A stretch of DNA of 33,065 bases from Candidatus Methanomethylophilaceae archaeon (GTDB lineage Archaea > Thermoplasmatota > Thermoplasmata > Methanomassiliicoccales > Methanomethylophilaceae). Below, piece after piece: positions 14,890 to 23,216 of this stretch. Made by a program: the position numbers and the translations under genes. Where the stretch lies: positions 1 through 33,065 of the forward strand of contig CALUHR010000004.1 of NCBI GenBank assembly GCA_944320495.1, given 5' to 3'. How positions within the stretch are numbered: the stretch's first letter is position 1; the number at the start of each line of letters is the position of its first letter. Below the pieces are notes generated by a model, which saw nothing but the letters and a program-made list of their open reading frames with translations, had not been told where the DNA came from and searched no databases.

Positions 14890-14919
14890 CCTCCCGAACG
14901 ACCGGATGCGTCCGGGAGG
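14890..14919 (+). terminator. Hairpin after glnK2 (repeat copy 2)
   Basis: CCTCCCGAACGACCGGATGCGTCCGGGAGG, 29/30 identical to 12891-12920. Confidence 0.6.
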
Positions 14920-15027
14920 ACCCTTCCGATGATTCTCGCGATAGAAGGCCATCACGTGTCGCTCAGATGATGAACCTCGGCGCACGCGCCATAGGATCTG
15001 CTTCGGAACACTTGGATGAAGAATTAA

Positions 15028-15105
15028 TGGTAGCGAGGGATCGATTTGAACGATCGGTCTCCGGGTTATGAGCCCGACGGGATATCCTGGCTACCCTACC
15101 TCGCT
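15028..15105 (-). tRNA. Initiator tRNA-Met (CAT), CCA encoded
   Basis: AGCGAGG/CCTCGCT acceptor stem with A1-U72, anticodon loop CTCATAA, three consecutive G-C pairs in the anticodon stem, GTTCAAATC T-loop, upstream TTAAATA box. Confidence 0.96.
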
Positions 15106-15178
15106 ATAGACCCACCTAACGGGGGCTGATATTTAATGATATTGTTCCGACAGCTCCCCGATGGGGGAGCCGCCGGAT

Positions 15179-15511
15179 TCAGAAGAGCTTCTTGAGGAAC
15201 AGCAGGTCGTCGATCTTGCCCTTGACCTGGATCTTCTTGAGGACGTAGGCGCGCATCGGCCTGAGGCTGCCGTCGATGAGTCCCATGAGGTTCTCGGGGG
15301 TGGTGGTGACGGTGACATCCGCGTTCTCATCCATCCCGGGCTCGAAGCAGTAGATCTGCGCATCCTTGAGCTTCAGGGTGTACGACTCGGTGCCGAGATC
15401 GAGGTTGAAGACCTTCTGAAGGGGCTCCACCTCCTTCCTGACCTCCGGGTCCTTCTCCATCTTCCTGTGGAACCTGTCGATGACGTTCTGGATCTCCTGC
15501 TGCATGCTCAT
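15179..15511 (-). CDS. SCP2 sterol/lipid-binding domain protein
   Basis: NADVTVTTTPENLMGLIDGSLRPMRAYVLKKIQVKGKIDDLLFL matches the SCP2 C-terminal pattern. Confidence 0.75.
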   Translation of the reverse strand: MSMQQEIQNVIDRFHRKMEKDPEVRKEVEPLQKVFNLDLGTESYTLKLKDAQIYCFEPGMDENADVTVTTTPENLMGLIDGSLRPMRAYVLKKIQVKGKIDDLLFLKKLF

Positions 15512-15515
15512 TGGC

Positions 15516-16154
15516 TCACCATTCGTCGAGTCTCCTGACGGCCCGGGCAGACATCATCTGTCTGACGGGCTCCCAGGACCTCCTCGCGTGCGGAGGGGGA
15601 CAGCCGTTGTCCCTCATCCAATCGGAGATGAAGTCCATGGTGTAGTGGTCGCTGGGGTATCCGCTCCCGAAGTCCCCGAGCTCCTCATGGAGCTCCGCGA
15701 TCATGCGGTCGCGAGTCACCTTAGCCACTATGGAGGCTGCTGATACCACTGGGTAAAGGTCGTCGGCTTTATGTTTTGCGATTACCGCCGTGTCCGGGCA
15801 CAAAGCTTCCAGGCGGGAGGCGAAACGGGCGTCGTTCACGTCGGGGCAGTCCGCGTAGGCCTCCTCGCAGGGTTGCGAGCCGACAGCCTCGGCGAACATG
15901 TCAAGCTCCACGTCGTTGAGCGACTTCTCCTTCCTGCGCTCGTCGATGTCCGCGGCCGAGGCGATTACGACCGTCCAATAATCGGCTTTCTCGACGATCT
16001 CATCGTACATCCTCTCGCGAACCTTCGGCGTGAGCTTCTTCGAGTCGCGGACCCCGATCTTCGAGAGGATGCCGTCGTCCTCCACCCACACGGCGCCCAC
16101 CACAAGGGGCCCCATGACCGATCCCCTGCCCGCTTCGTCTACTCCGCAGTGCAT
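15516..16154 (-). CDS. rnhB: Ribonuclease HII
   Basis: GVDEAGRG, VRDSKKL, KADDLYPVVSAASIVAKVTRD, FGSGYPSD. Confidence 0.96.
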   Translation of the reverse strand: MHCGVDEAGRGSVMGPLVVGAVWVEDDGILSKIGVRDSKKLTPKVRERMYDEIVEKADYWTVVIASAADIDERRKEKSLNDVELDMFAEAVGSQPCEEAYADCPDVNDARFASRLEALCPDTAVIAKHKADDLYPVVSAASIVAKVTRDRMIAELHEELGDFGSGYPSDHYTMDFISDWMRDNGCPPPHARRSWEPVRQMMSARAVRRLDEW

Positions 16155-16215
16155 TTCCTACCCGAATACCCGTAGATAGCACCCTATTAAAGAAGGGCAC
16201 GGATTCGGGCGGACC

Positions 16216-17100
16216 ATGACTCTGAAGTGCGACCTGCAGTACGGCAAGGGCGATGCCAGCTACAAGCTCACCCGCGTCGGCGTCCGCAACGTCCGCAAGC
16301 CCGTCGTCGTTCACAGGGAGGGGCTGGGAGAGACTCTGAACAACACCCTTAGCTGTGCCATCGACATCTACGTGGACCTGCCGGCGGACCAGAAGGGATC
16401 GCACATGTCCAGGAACGTGGAGGTCCTGAACGAGGTCGTGGACGAGAGCATCCGCCACCCCATCACCGCGATAGAGGATCTCGCCGCAGACATCTGCAGG
16501 AGGCTCCTCGTCCACCACGAGTACGCCAAGAACGCGGAGGTCCACATATCCGCGGAGTACTACAAGGTCAACAAGACCCCCCAGGGCAGGGACACGTTCG
16601 AGATCTACACCCTCTACGCCGGAGGTACCATCGTCCGCGACGGACCCCTGACCAAGACCGTCGGAGTCCGCGCCGTCGGCATGACCGCCTGCCCCTGCGC
16701 CCAGCAGACCGTCACAGAGATGCTGGAGTACAGCGGCGACATGCCCGTCATGTCCCACAACCAGAGGAACGTGTGCACCCTGATGGTCACCATGCCCGAG
16801 GACGTCTCCATCGAGGCCGACGACCTCATCGACCTGGTCGAGGCGTCGTTCTCCTCCCCCACCTTCGAGCTCCTGAAGAGGCCCGACGAGGGCCAGGTGG
16901 TCATCAACGCCCACAGGAACACAAGGTTTGTCGAGGATGTGGTCAGGCAGGTGCTGGACAGGTTCGTCAAGAGATACACGGACCTCCCGGACAGCGTCCA
17001 GGTCGACGTCGTCAGCGACTCCGAGGAGTCCATCCACAAGCACGACGCTTACGCCGAGCGCACCGCCACCCTGGGCGAGCTCAGGGCCGAGAACCAGTGA
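16216..17100 (+). CDS. mptA: GTP cyclohydrolase MptA/FolE2 family
   Basis: KGSHMSRNVE, GMTACPCAQ, SHNQR, LLKRPDE, N.RFVEDVVR, ESIHKHDAYAE. Confidence 0.92.
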   Translation: MTLKCDLQYGKGDASYKLTRVGVRNVRKPVVVHREGLGETLNNTLSCAIDIYVDLPADQKGSHMSRNVEVLNEVVDESIRHPITAIEDLAADICRRLLVHHEYAKNAEVHISAEYYKVNKTPQGRDTFEIYTLYAGGTIVRDGPLTKTVGVRAVGMTACPCAQQTVTEMLEYSGDMPVMSHNQRNVCTLMVTMPEDVSIEADDLIDLVEASFSSPTFELLKRPDEGQVVINAHRNTRFVEDVVRQVLDRFVKRYTDLPDSVQVDVVSDSEESIHKHDAYAERTATLGELRAENQ

Positions 17101-17108
17101 AAATCCTT

Positions 17109-17135
17109 CCCGGGGGATGGTCCCCCGGGTTTTTT
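17109..17135. terminator. Hairpin plus T-tract between convergent mptA and aldo/keto reductase
   Basis: CCCGGGGGA-TGG-TCCCCCGGG-TTTTTT. Confidence 0.65.
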
Positions 17136-17137
17136 AT

Positions 17138-18256
17138 TCAGAATCCGGCCTTCACGGCCTTCTCCAGCTCTTCGACGATGCGGATGTGCTGGGGGCACGC
17201 CTTCTCGCACCTCCCGCACTTTATGCATTGGTCGGCCGGAACCCTTCCGCGGCCTCCAACCAGCCATCCCAGCTGGTTCTTCGCGAAGTCCTCGTTCCCG
17301 TACAGGGTGTAGAGGTTCATCGCGGTGAACGTGCCGGAGATGCCGATGTTCTTGGGGCAGACCTTGGCGCAGTACTCGCACGAGGTGCAGGGGATCGTGT
17401 CGTAGGCGGCGAGCCTCTCCGCCGCCCTCTTGATGACATCCCTCTGGGCGTCCGTGAGGTGCTCGAAGCCCTCCATGGTCCTCAGGTTGTCCTCCATCTG
17501 CCCCACGTCGCTCATGCCGGAGAGCACGACGGCGACACCGTCGAGGTCCGCCGCGAACCTGAGGGCCCAGGACGCCTCGGACGAGTCGGGCTCCGCCTCT
17601 CTCAGGATGGCGGAGACGTCCGCGGGGGGCTTGGCCAGGAGGCCTCCCTTCACGGGCTCCATCACGATGATCGGGACGTTGTGCGCCCTGGCGATCTCGT
17701 AGCACTTCCTGGACTGGATGTCCGGGCTCTCCCAGTCGGCGTAGTTGATCTGCAGCTGCACGAAGTCGACATCGGGATGGGCATCCAGTATGGGTCCCAG
17801 CTCGTCTGCTTTCGCATGGAACGAGAACCCGTAATGTCTGATCTTGCCCTGCTCCTTCAGCTCCCTCACGAACGACCACATGTCGTAGTCGTCGAACACC
17901 TTGGTGCGCATCTCGCCGAGGTTGTGGAGCAGGTAGTAGTCGATGTAGCCGGCGCCGGTGCGCTCGAGTGTGGTGTCGAACTGCCTTATCGCGTCCTCGC
18001 GGCAGGTGCTGCCGATCCAGGCCGCGTTCTTGCTGGCCAGCTGGAAGCTCTCGCGGGGATATCTCTCCACCAGGGCCTGTCTGATCGCGTCCTCGCTGCC
18101 CTCGTACGCCCATGCGGTGTCGAAGTAGGTGAAGCCCGCGTCCATGAACAGGTCGACCATGCGCTTGGTCTGCTCTATGTCTATGGCCCCGTCCTTCCGG
18201 GGCAGCCTCATGAGCCCGAAACCGAGCTTCCCGATATCCTTGCAGAGTTCAGCCAT
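17138..18256 (-). CDS. Aldo/keto reductase with C-terminal 4Fe-4S dicluster domain
   Basis: KLGFGLMRLP, YFDTAWAY, YIDYYLLHN, GFSFH, VQLQINY, VMEPVKGG, then CTSCEYCAKVCP and CIKCGRCEKACPQHI. Start chosen 6 nt after GGAGG. Confidence 0.9.
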   Translation of the reverse strand: MAELCKDIGKLGFGLMRLPRKDGAIDIEQTKRMVDLFMDAGFTYFDTAWAYEGSEDAIRQALVERYPRESFQLASKNAAWIGSTCREDAIRQFDTTLERTGAGYIDYYLLHNLGEMRTKVFDDYDMWSFVRELKEQGKIRHYGFSFHAKADELGPILDAHPDVDFVQLQINYADWESPDIQSRKCYEIARAHNVPIIVMEPVKGGLLAKPPADVSAILREAEPDSSEASWALRFAADLDGVAVVLSGMSDVGQMEDNLRTMEGFEHLTDAQRDVIKRAAERLAAYDTIPCTSCEYCAKVCPKNIGISGTFTAMNLYTLYGNEDFAKNQLGWLVGGRGRVPADQCIKCGRCEKACPQHIRIVEELEKAVKAGF

Positions 18257-18312
18257 CATGTCCCTCCGTGCCATCTAGGCACGGAGGTTGATGACATATC
18301 GTTATTAAAATT

Positions 18313-19107
18313 TCATGCAGGTGGCGGAGAGACATTTATGCGCTCTGCGCCGTCGATCTTCTCCACCTTCTTCTGGAGGACTGAGATGTCGCAGACGTAC
18401 ACGTCCTCCGGACACTCGAGGTCGTCCAGGCAGCCGACCCAGTACACGACCAGGCCGGGCCCGAAGAGCTTGGTGTAGGGGACGAGCTGCTTCCTGGAGT
18501 TGAACCTGAACTCGGTGTTGTCCCCGAAGGAGGCCTTGCTCTCGACCCAGTGGATCTCGTGCCCCTCGTAGATCACGGGGTAGTCCAGCAGGCAGTCGGG
18601 GGTCTTGGTGAACTCCGTCCCGCGGAGGTCGTTCTCCGTGCGGTACGTCACGCCCTGCCCGTCCAGCCACTCGTGGAGGAGTCCCTCGCCCCAGATCCCG
18701 CGCTCCTTCTGCCTGTCGTTCGCCTCAGGAGAGTAGACGATGTCGTTCCTCACGGCCTCGCGGACCTCGTCGGCGGTTACCTCGCTCTCGAGGAGGTTGG
18801 GGTCCCTCACGTAGGACCAGAAGTCCTTGCGGGACGCCCCGTCCTCCAGGAAGATGAACATGGCGGTGAGGATGGGTGGGAAGCGGTACTTCTTGGAGAG
18901 GTCCATGATGGACGTCCCCTTCCTCCACTCCTTGAGCATCTTCTCGGAGCTGTTCTTCACGGCGTAGAAGCGCTTCTTGACCTCGCGGGTCGTCTTCTGG
19001 GTGAAGAGGCTGTCCAGCATCCTCGCGTCGTACGTGGAGGAGAGCCTCTCGACGTCCTCCGGCGTGCGGAGCTGGTTGTAGATGTCCTTGTACTCGTCGT
19101 ACTTCAT
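18313..19107 (-). CDS. TPD-domain / C15orf41 (CDIN1)-like PD-(D/E)XK nuclease-fold protein
   Basis: KTPDCLLDYPVIYEGHEIHWVESKASFGD and LFGPGLVVYW. Confidence 0.8.
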   Translation of the reverse strand: MKYDEYKDIYNQLRTPEDVERLSSTYDARMLDSLFTQKTTREVKKRFYAVKNSSEKMLKEWRKGTSIMDLSKKYRFPPILTAMFIFLEDGASRKDFWSYVRDPNLLESEVTADEVREAVRNDIVYSPEANDRQKERGIWGEGLLHEWLDGQGVTYRTENDLRGTEFTKTPDCLLDYPVIYEGHEIHWVESKASFGDNTEFRFNSRKQLVPYTKLFGPGLVVYWVGCLDDLECPEDVYVCDISVLQKKVEKIDGAERINVSPPPA

Positions 19108-19111
19108 CGGA

Positions 19112-20461
19112 TCACTGGGACAGCTTGAGGCAGAGGTCCTCGACCGCCGCCAGGACGACGTCCCGGACCATGCTGGTCGGCGGGCAGTAAGCGTTCTCGG
19201 AGTCGGCGAGGAAGGACTCTGCAGTCCTGCCGTCGACGATGGCGGAGGTCAGCCAGTTGATGCGTCCGGTCGCCTCCTCGCCGGCGACGATCTGTGCACC
19301 CACGATCCTGTGGGTGGACCTGTCGGCGAGAACCTTGACGGTCAGCGGCTTGCCGCCGGGGTAGTACCTGGCGCGGGTGAGGCCCTCGGCCTTCCCGCAG
19401 ACGACGTCGATGCCGTACCAGGACGCGAGACCCAGGGAGAGTCCCGTGCCCGCGATCTGGAGGTCGCCGATCATGCTGACCCAGGGGCTGGCGACGGGTC
19501 CGAAGACCCTCTTCCCGCCCGCGGCGTTCGTCCCGGCGACGATCCCCTGCCTGACGGCGGTGGAGCCGAGCTGGCTCATGGTGGCGCCGGGCATGACGGC
19601 GGACTCGCACTGCACGAGGTCGCCGGCGACGAACACGTCGGGCACGAGGCGCCCCCTCCTGTAGGCGTTCATGGTGGGGGATGCGATCACGGCGTTCAGC
19701 TGGCCGATGTCCAGGCCGAGCATCTTGGGGATGTCCAGGTTGGCGCGGACGCCGGTGGCGAAGATCATGACGTCGCAGGGGTAGTCCTTCCCGTTGGCCG
19801 TGACGGCCTCGACCTTGCCGTCGCCCTTGACGGCCTGGATCGGCGCCTTCATGACGAACTCGATCCCTCTGGACTCGAGCTCCATCTGAACCATGTCGGC
19901 CATGTCCCTGTCGGCGATGCGGGGGATGACCTGGTCCATCATCTCGATGACGGTGACCTTCTTCCCCATGTCGCGGAGAGCCACGGCGAGCTCGAGGCCG
20001 ATGACCCCTGCCCCTCCGATGACGACGTTCTCCGCGCCCTCCAGGGCCTTCTGGATGTTCTTGCCGTCCCTGACGGTCCTGACGACGAACACGTTCCCCA
20101 GGTCCTTGCCCTCTATCGGGGGTACGAACACGGTGCCGCCGGCGGCGACGACCAGGGAGTCGTAGGGGTAGGTCCTGCCTCCGGCGACGACCTCCCTCTT
20201 CTCCCCGTCCACGGACTCGACCCTGGTGCGGATGACGACCTCGATCCCGCGGCTCTGCCTGTAGAACTCGGGGTCGTGCATGACGATGTCGTCCCATCCG
20301 GTCCTGCCCTCGATCCCCCAGGGGATGGCGCAGGGCGAGTAGGCGATGTCCTCGTCCTCTGTGATGACTGTGATCTCGGCGTCCTTGGATGCCTTCCTCG
20401 CGGCCGAGGCGGCGGACATTCCGGCCGCTCCCGAGCCGATGACGACGATTCTCTTGGACAT
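19112..20461 (-). CDS. FAD-dependent pyridine nucleotide-disulfide oxidoreductase (NADH oxidase/CoA-disulfide reductase family)
   Basis: IVVIGSGAAGMSAA, AYSPCAIP (single active Cys), VVIGGAGVIGLE, VFVAGD, C-terminal AYCPP. Start moved to MSKRIVV. Confidence 0.88.
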   Translation of the reverse strand: MSKRIVVIGSGAAGMSAASAARKASKDAEITVITEDEDIAYSPCAIPWGIEGRTGWDDIVMHDPEFYRQSRGIEVVIRTRVESVDGEKREVVAGGRTYPYDSLVVAAGGTVFVPPIEGKDLGNVFVVRTVRDGKNIQKALEGAENVVIGGAGVIGLELAVALRDMGKKVTVIEMMDQVIPRIADRDMADMVQMELESRGIEFVMKAPIQAVKGDGKVEAVTANGKDYPCDVMIFATGVRANLDIPKMLGLDIGQLNAVIASPTMNAYRRGRLVPDVFVAGDLVQCESAVMPGATMSQLGSTAVRQGIVAGTNAAGGKRVFGPVASPWVSMIGDLQIAGTGLSLGLASWYGIDVVCGKAEGLTRARYYPGGKPLTVKVLADRSTHRIVGAQIVAGEEATGRINWLTSAIVDGRTAESFLADSENAYCPPTSMVRDVVLAAVEDLCLKLSQ

Positions 20462-20627
20462 GGTTCTCTGACACCCGCATGCGCGTGCGCATAAAGGCTT
20501 TTGTGAGGGCGGACGTCGGCCGTGAACGGGAGCCTCCGATGTCTGGCACATTGCAGACGGGCATCCGGACGGCATCGGGCGCCGGCCCGTCAACATCGCT
20601 ATAAATGAGTTCGCGGATAGTCTGGAC

Positions 20628-21620
20628 GTGAAGGACAAGAGATCCCCGTCTCAGCTCGAGGCGGTCTGGAAGGAGAGCGACATGGCCGGCGGCCGCAAGG
20701 TGGACGCGATGGTCATGATCATGCGCACCAACGGATGCTGCTGGGTCAAGGAGGGCGGATGCACGATGTGCGGCTACCGCGAGGCGTCCATGCACGACGT
20801 CACGGAGGCGGACCTCCTGAGCCAGCTGGAACAGGCGCTCTCCCGCTACAGGGGGGAGCCGTTCGTCAAGATCTACACGTCCGGAAGCTTCCTGGACGAT
20901 AACGAGGTGCCTCCCGCCGTCCGCGAGAGGATCTTCGAAGCATTCTCGGGCTGCGAGCGCATCCTCTTCGAGAGCCGTCCGGAGTTCATAACCGAGGAGA
21001 GTCTGGCACATGTGCCGAAGACGGTCACCGTCGCCCTGGGTCTGGAGAGCTCCGACCCCGAGGTCCTGAGGACCGCGGTCCACAAGGGGTTCACGCCCGC
21101 CGACATCGAGAGGGCCGGACGTCTGCTCAAGTCCAAGGGTCTCGGCGTGAGGACCTACCTGCTGCTCAAGCCCCCGTTCATGACGGAGGCCATGGCGATC
21201 GAGGACGCGGTCCGCTCGGCGAGGTTCGCCGACGCGTTCTCCGACGAGATATCGGTCAACCCGCTGAACGTGCAGAGGGCGACCTATGTGGAGCGCATAT
21301 GGAAGCGCGGAGAGTTCAGACCCCCGTGGATATGGTCGCTCATCGAGGTGTTCAGGCAGCTGTCTGGCACTGTGAGCGCCAGGCTCATGTCATCCCCATC
21401 GGGGGGAGGGGCCTCGAGGGGAGTCCACAACTGCGGCGAGTGCGACGAGTGCGCCCTTGCGGCGATCGAGAGATTCAGCTTCAGCCAGGATCCGGCGGAC
21501 CTGCAGGTCGAGTGCGGATGCAGGGATCGCTGGGAGGCGTATCTGAGGTCCGAGGCGATGCTCGGGACCCCCGCGGACCTGGACCGCGGACTCGAAAACG
21601 ATTTGGCACTGAGGGAGTGA
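20628..21620 (+). CDS. Archaeosine biosynthesis radical SAM protein RaSEA
   Basis: IMRTNGCCWVKEGGCTMCGY, KIYTSGSFLDDNEVP, FESRPEF, GLESS, YLLLKPPF, FRPPWIWS, RGVHNCGECD. Confidence 0.88.
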   Translation: MKDKRSPSQLEAVWKESDMAGGRKVDAMVMIMRTNGCCWVKEGGCTMCGYREASMHDVTEADLLSQLEQALSRYRGEPFVKIYTSGSFLDDNEVPPAVRERIFEAFSGCERILFESRPEFITEESLAHVPKTVTVALGLESSDPEVLRTAVHKGFTPADIERAGRLLKSKGLGVRTYLLLKPPFMTEAMAIEDAVRSARFADAFSDEISVNPLNVQRATYVERIWKRGEFRPPWIWSLIEVFRQLSGTVSARLMSSPSGGGASRGVHNCGECDECALAAIERFSFSQDPADLQVECGCRDRWEAYLRSEAMLGTPADLDRGLENDLALRE

Positions 21621-21625
21621 GACCC

Positions 21626-21952
21626 GTGGAGTACGACATCAAGAAAGGCTGGTTCAAGAACATCGAGGGGGATCTCCTCGAGGCGATGATGAGGGACGTG
21701 TTCGGCAACGTCGCCAGGGAGGGGGACGTCCTCGTCTCGTCCTACGGGGTCCTCGACAGGATCGAGGTCAGGGTCGTCTCGAAGACCATCCTCGACATCA
21801 CCACCGTCAACAAGGACGGGTGCACCACGGACGACGAGGCCATCCTCGACAGCAAGAGGCGCCTCAACGAGTTCGCCGAGAAGGCGACGGGATTCGACGC
21901 CAAGGCCCGCATGAAGAGGGCCCAGAAGAAGGCCAAGGAAGGCAAGCTCTGA
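21626..21952 (+). CDS. Conserved archaeal protein (DUF5611-like)
   Basis: EYDIKKG...SYGVL..IEV...RRLNEFAEKATGFDAKARMKRAQK. GTG start after a GAGGGAG RBS. Confidence 0.65.
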   Translation: MEYDIKKGWFKNIEGDLLEAMMRDVFGNVAREGDVLVSSYGVLDRIEVRVVSKTILDITTVNKDGCTTDDEAILDSKRRLNEFAEKATGFDAKARMKRAQKKAKEGKL

Positions 21953-22044
21953 GCGGCCTTCCCAAACCCCTTCCCCTTCCTTTCTTCCCTATAAAGAGCG
22001 GGTGGCATAGGCTTATATATGACCCCCCTATACACGCACCTTAG

Positions 22045-22215
22045 ATTGGACATAATAGTGTTCGACCAGACGCATCGGGCAATGCGATCGCATCCCATGT
22101 CGGACCCCCTCCCTGACGGGTTCTGGGGGCCAATAAGGCGCCACGGTCGGAGCATTAGACGTTGTTCGTCTGAAACGCGAGGTTAGCGAAGACACCCTCG
22201 CAGGCAGGTTAAAGC
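22045..22215 (+). promoter_or_regulatory. Long structured 5' leader of the r-protein operon
   Basis: TATA TTATATAT at 22013-22020, about 195 nt before the rpl3 ATG. The leader has at least five predicted helices. Confidence 0.5.
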
Positions 22216-23214
22216 ATGCCGCAAAGGAGACGTCCTAAGAGAGGATCCAGGGCATACGGCCCTAGGAAGAGAGCGCAGTCGCAGACGCCGAGGCTGGACT
22301 CGTGGCCCGAGATCAACGGTGCACCGAAGATCCAGGGATTCGCCGGATACAAGGCCGGTATGACCCACGCGTTCATCATCGACAAGCGCGCCAAGAGCAC
22401 CACCTCCGGAATGGAGATCCAGGTGCCCGTGACGGTAGTCGAAGTGCCCCCCATGAAGGTGGCCGCCGTCAGGTTCTACGAGAGCACCGTGGTCGGCCTC
22501 AAGACGGCCGGAGAGGTCTGGGCCAAAGACCTTGACCCCCTCCTCGGGAAACGCCTGAGCGTCCCGAAGAACCACGACGAGAGCACGTTCGCCAAGTACG
22601 ACGGGCTCGACATCGAGGATGTCCGCATCCTCGCCTACACCCAGCCCAAGATGGTCACCGGAGTCCCCAAGAAGGTCCCCGACCTCATGGAGCTCAGGAT
22701 CGCCGGAGGCACCGTCGACGAGAGGGTCGCCTACGCCAAGCAGATCCTCGGCACCGAGGTCAACTTCACCGACTTCATCAACGAGGGCGCCCTCACCGAC
22801 GTCATCGCCGTGACCAAGGGCAAGGGATTCCAGGGTGTCACGAAGCGCTGGGGTGTCAAGCTCCTGTCCCACAGGAACAGCAAGCACCGCCGCGGAATCG
22901 GAAACCTGGGACCCAAGAGACCCGGATACGTCAGGTCGACCGTCCCCGGGTCCGGTCAGATGGGATACCACCAGAGGACCGAGTTCAACAAGAAGATCAT
23001 CAAGGTCGGAACCGAGGGTTCCGAGGTCACCCCCAAGGGCGGCTTCCTCAACTACGGAGAGGTCAGGAACAACTACGTCCTCGTCTACGGCTCCGTTCCC
23101 GGACCGACCAAGAGGCTCATCAGATTCAGGGACGCTACCAGGATGCCCAAGAAGGCTGACAACGACGCCGTCGATGTCACCTACGTGTCCACAGAGTCCA
23201 AGCAGGGGGCATGA
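22216..23214 (+). CDS. rpl3: 50S ribosomal protein L3 (uL3)
   Basis: RPKRGS, FAGYKAGMTH, DVIAVTKGKGFQGVTKRWG, GQMGYHQRTEFNK. Confidence 0.97.
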   Translation: MPQRRRPKRGSRAYGPRKRAQSQTPRLDSWPEINGAPKIQGFAGYKAGMTHAFIIDKRAKSTTSGMEIQVPVTVVEVPPMKVAAVRFYESTVVGLKTAGEVWAKDLDPLLGKRLSVPKNHDESTFAKYDGLDIEDVRILAYTQPKMVTGVPKKVPDLMELRIAGGTVDERVAYAKQILGTEVNFTDFINEGALTDVIAVTKGKGFQGVTKRWGVKLLSHRNSKHRRGIGNLGPKRPGYVRSTVPGSGQMGYHQRTEFNKKIIKVGTEGSEVTPKGGFLNYGEVRNNYVLVYGSVPGPTKRLIRFRDATRMPKKADNDAVDVTYVSTESKQGA

Positions 23215-23216
23215 GA

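Noticed and set aside
14928-15020. Possible C/D-box sRNA (ATGATGA at 14968-14974)
   Set aside because: No CTGA D or D' boxes at guide-length spacing on the same strand.
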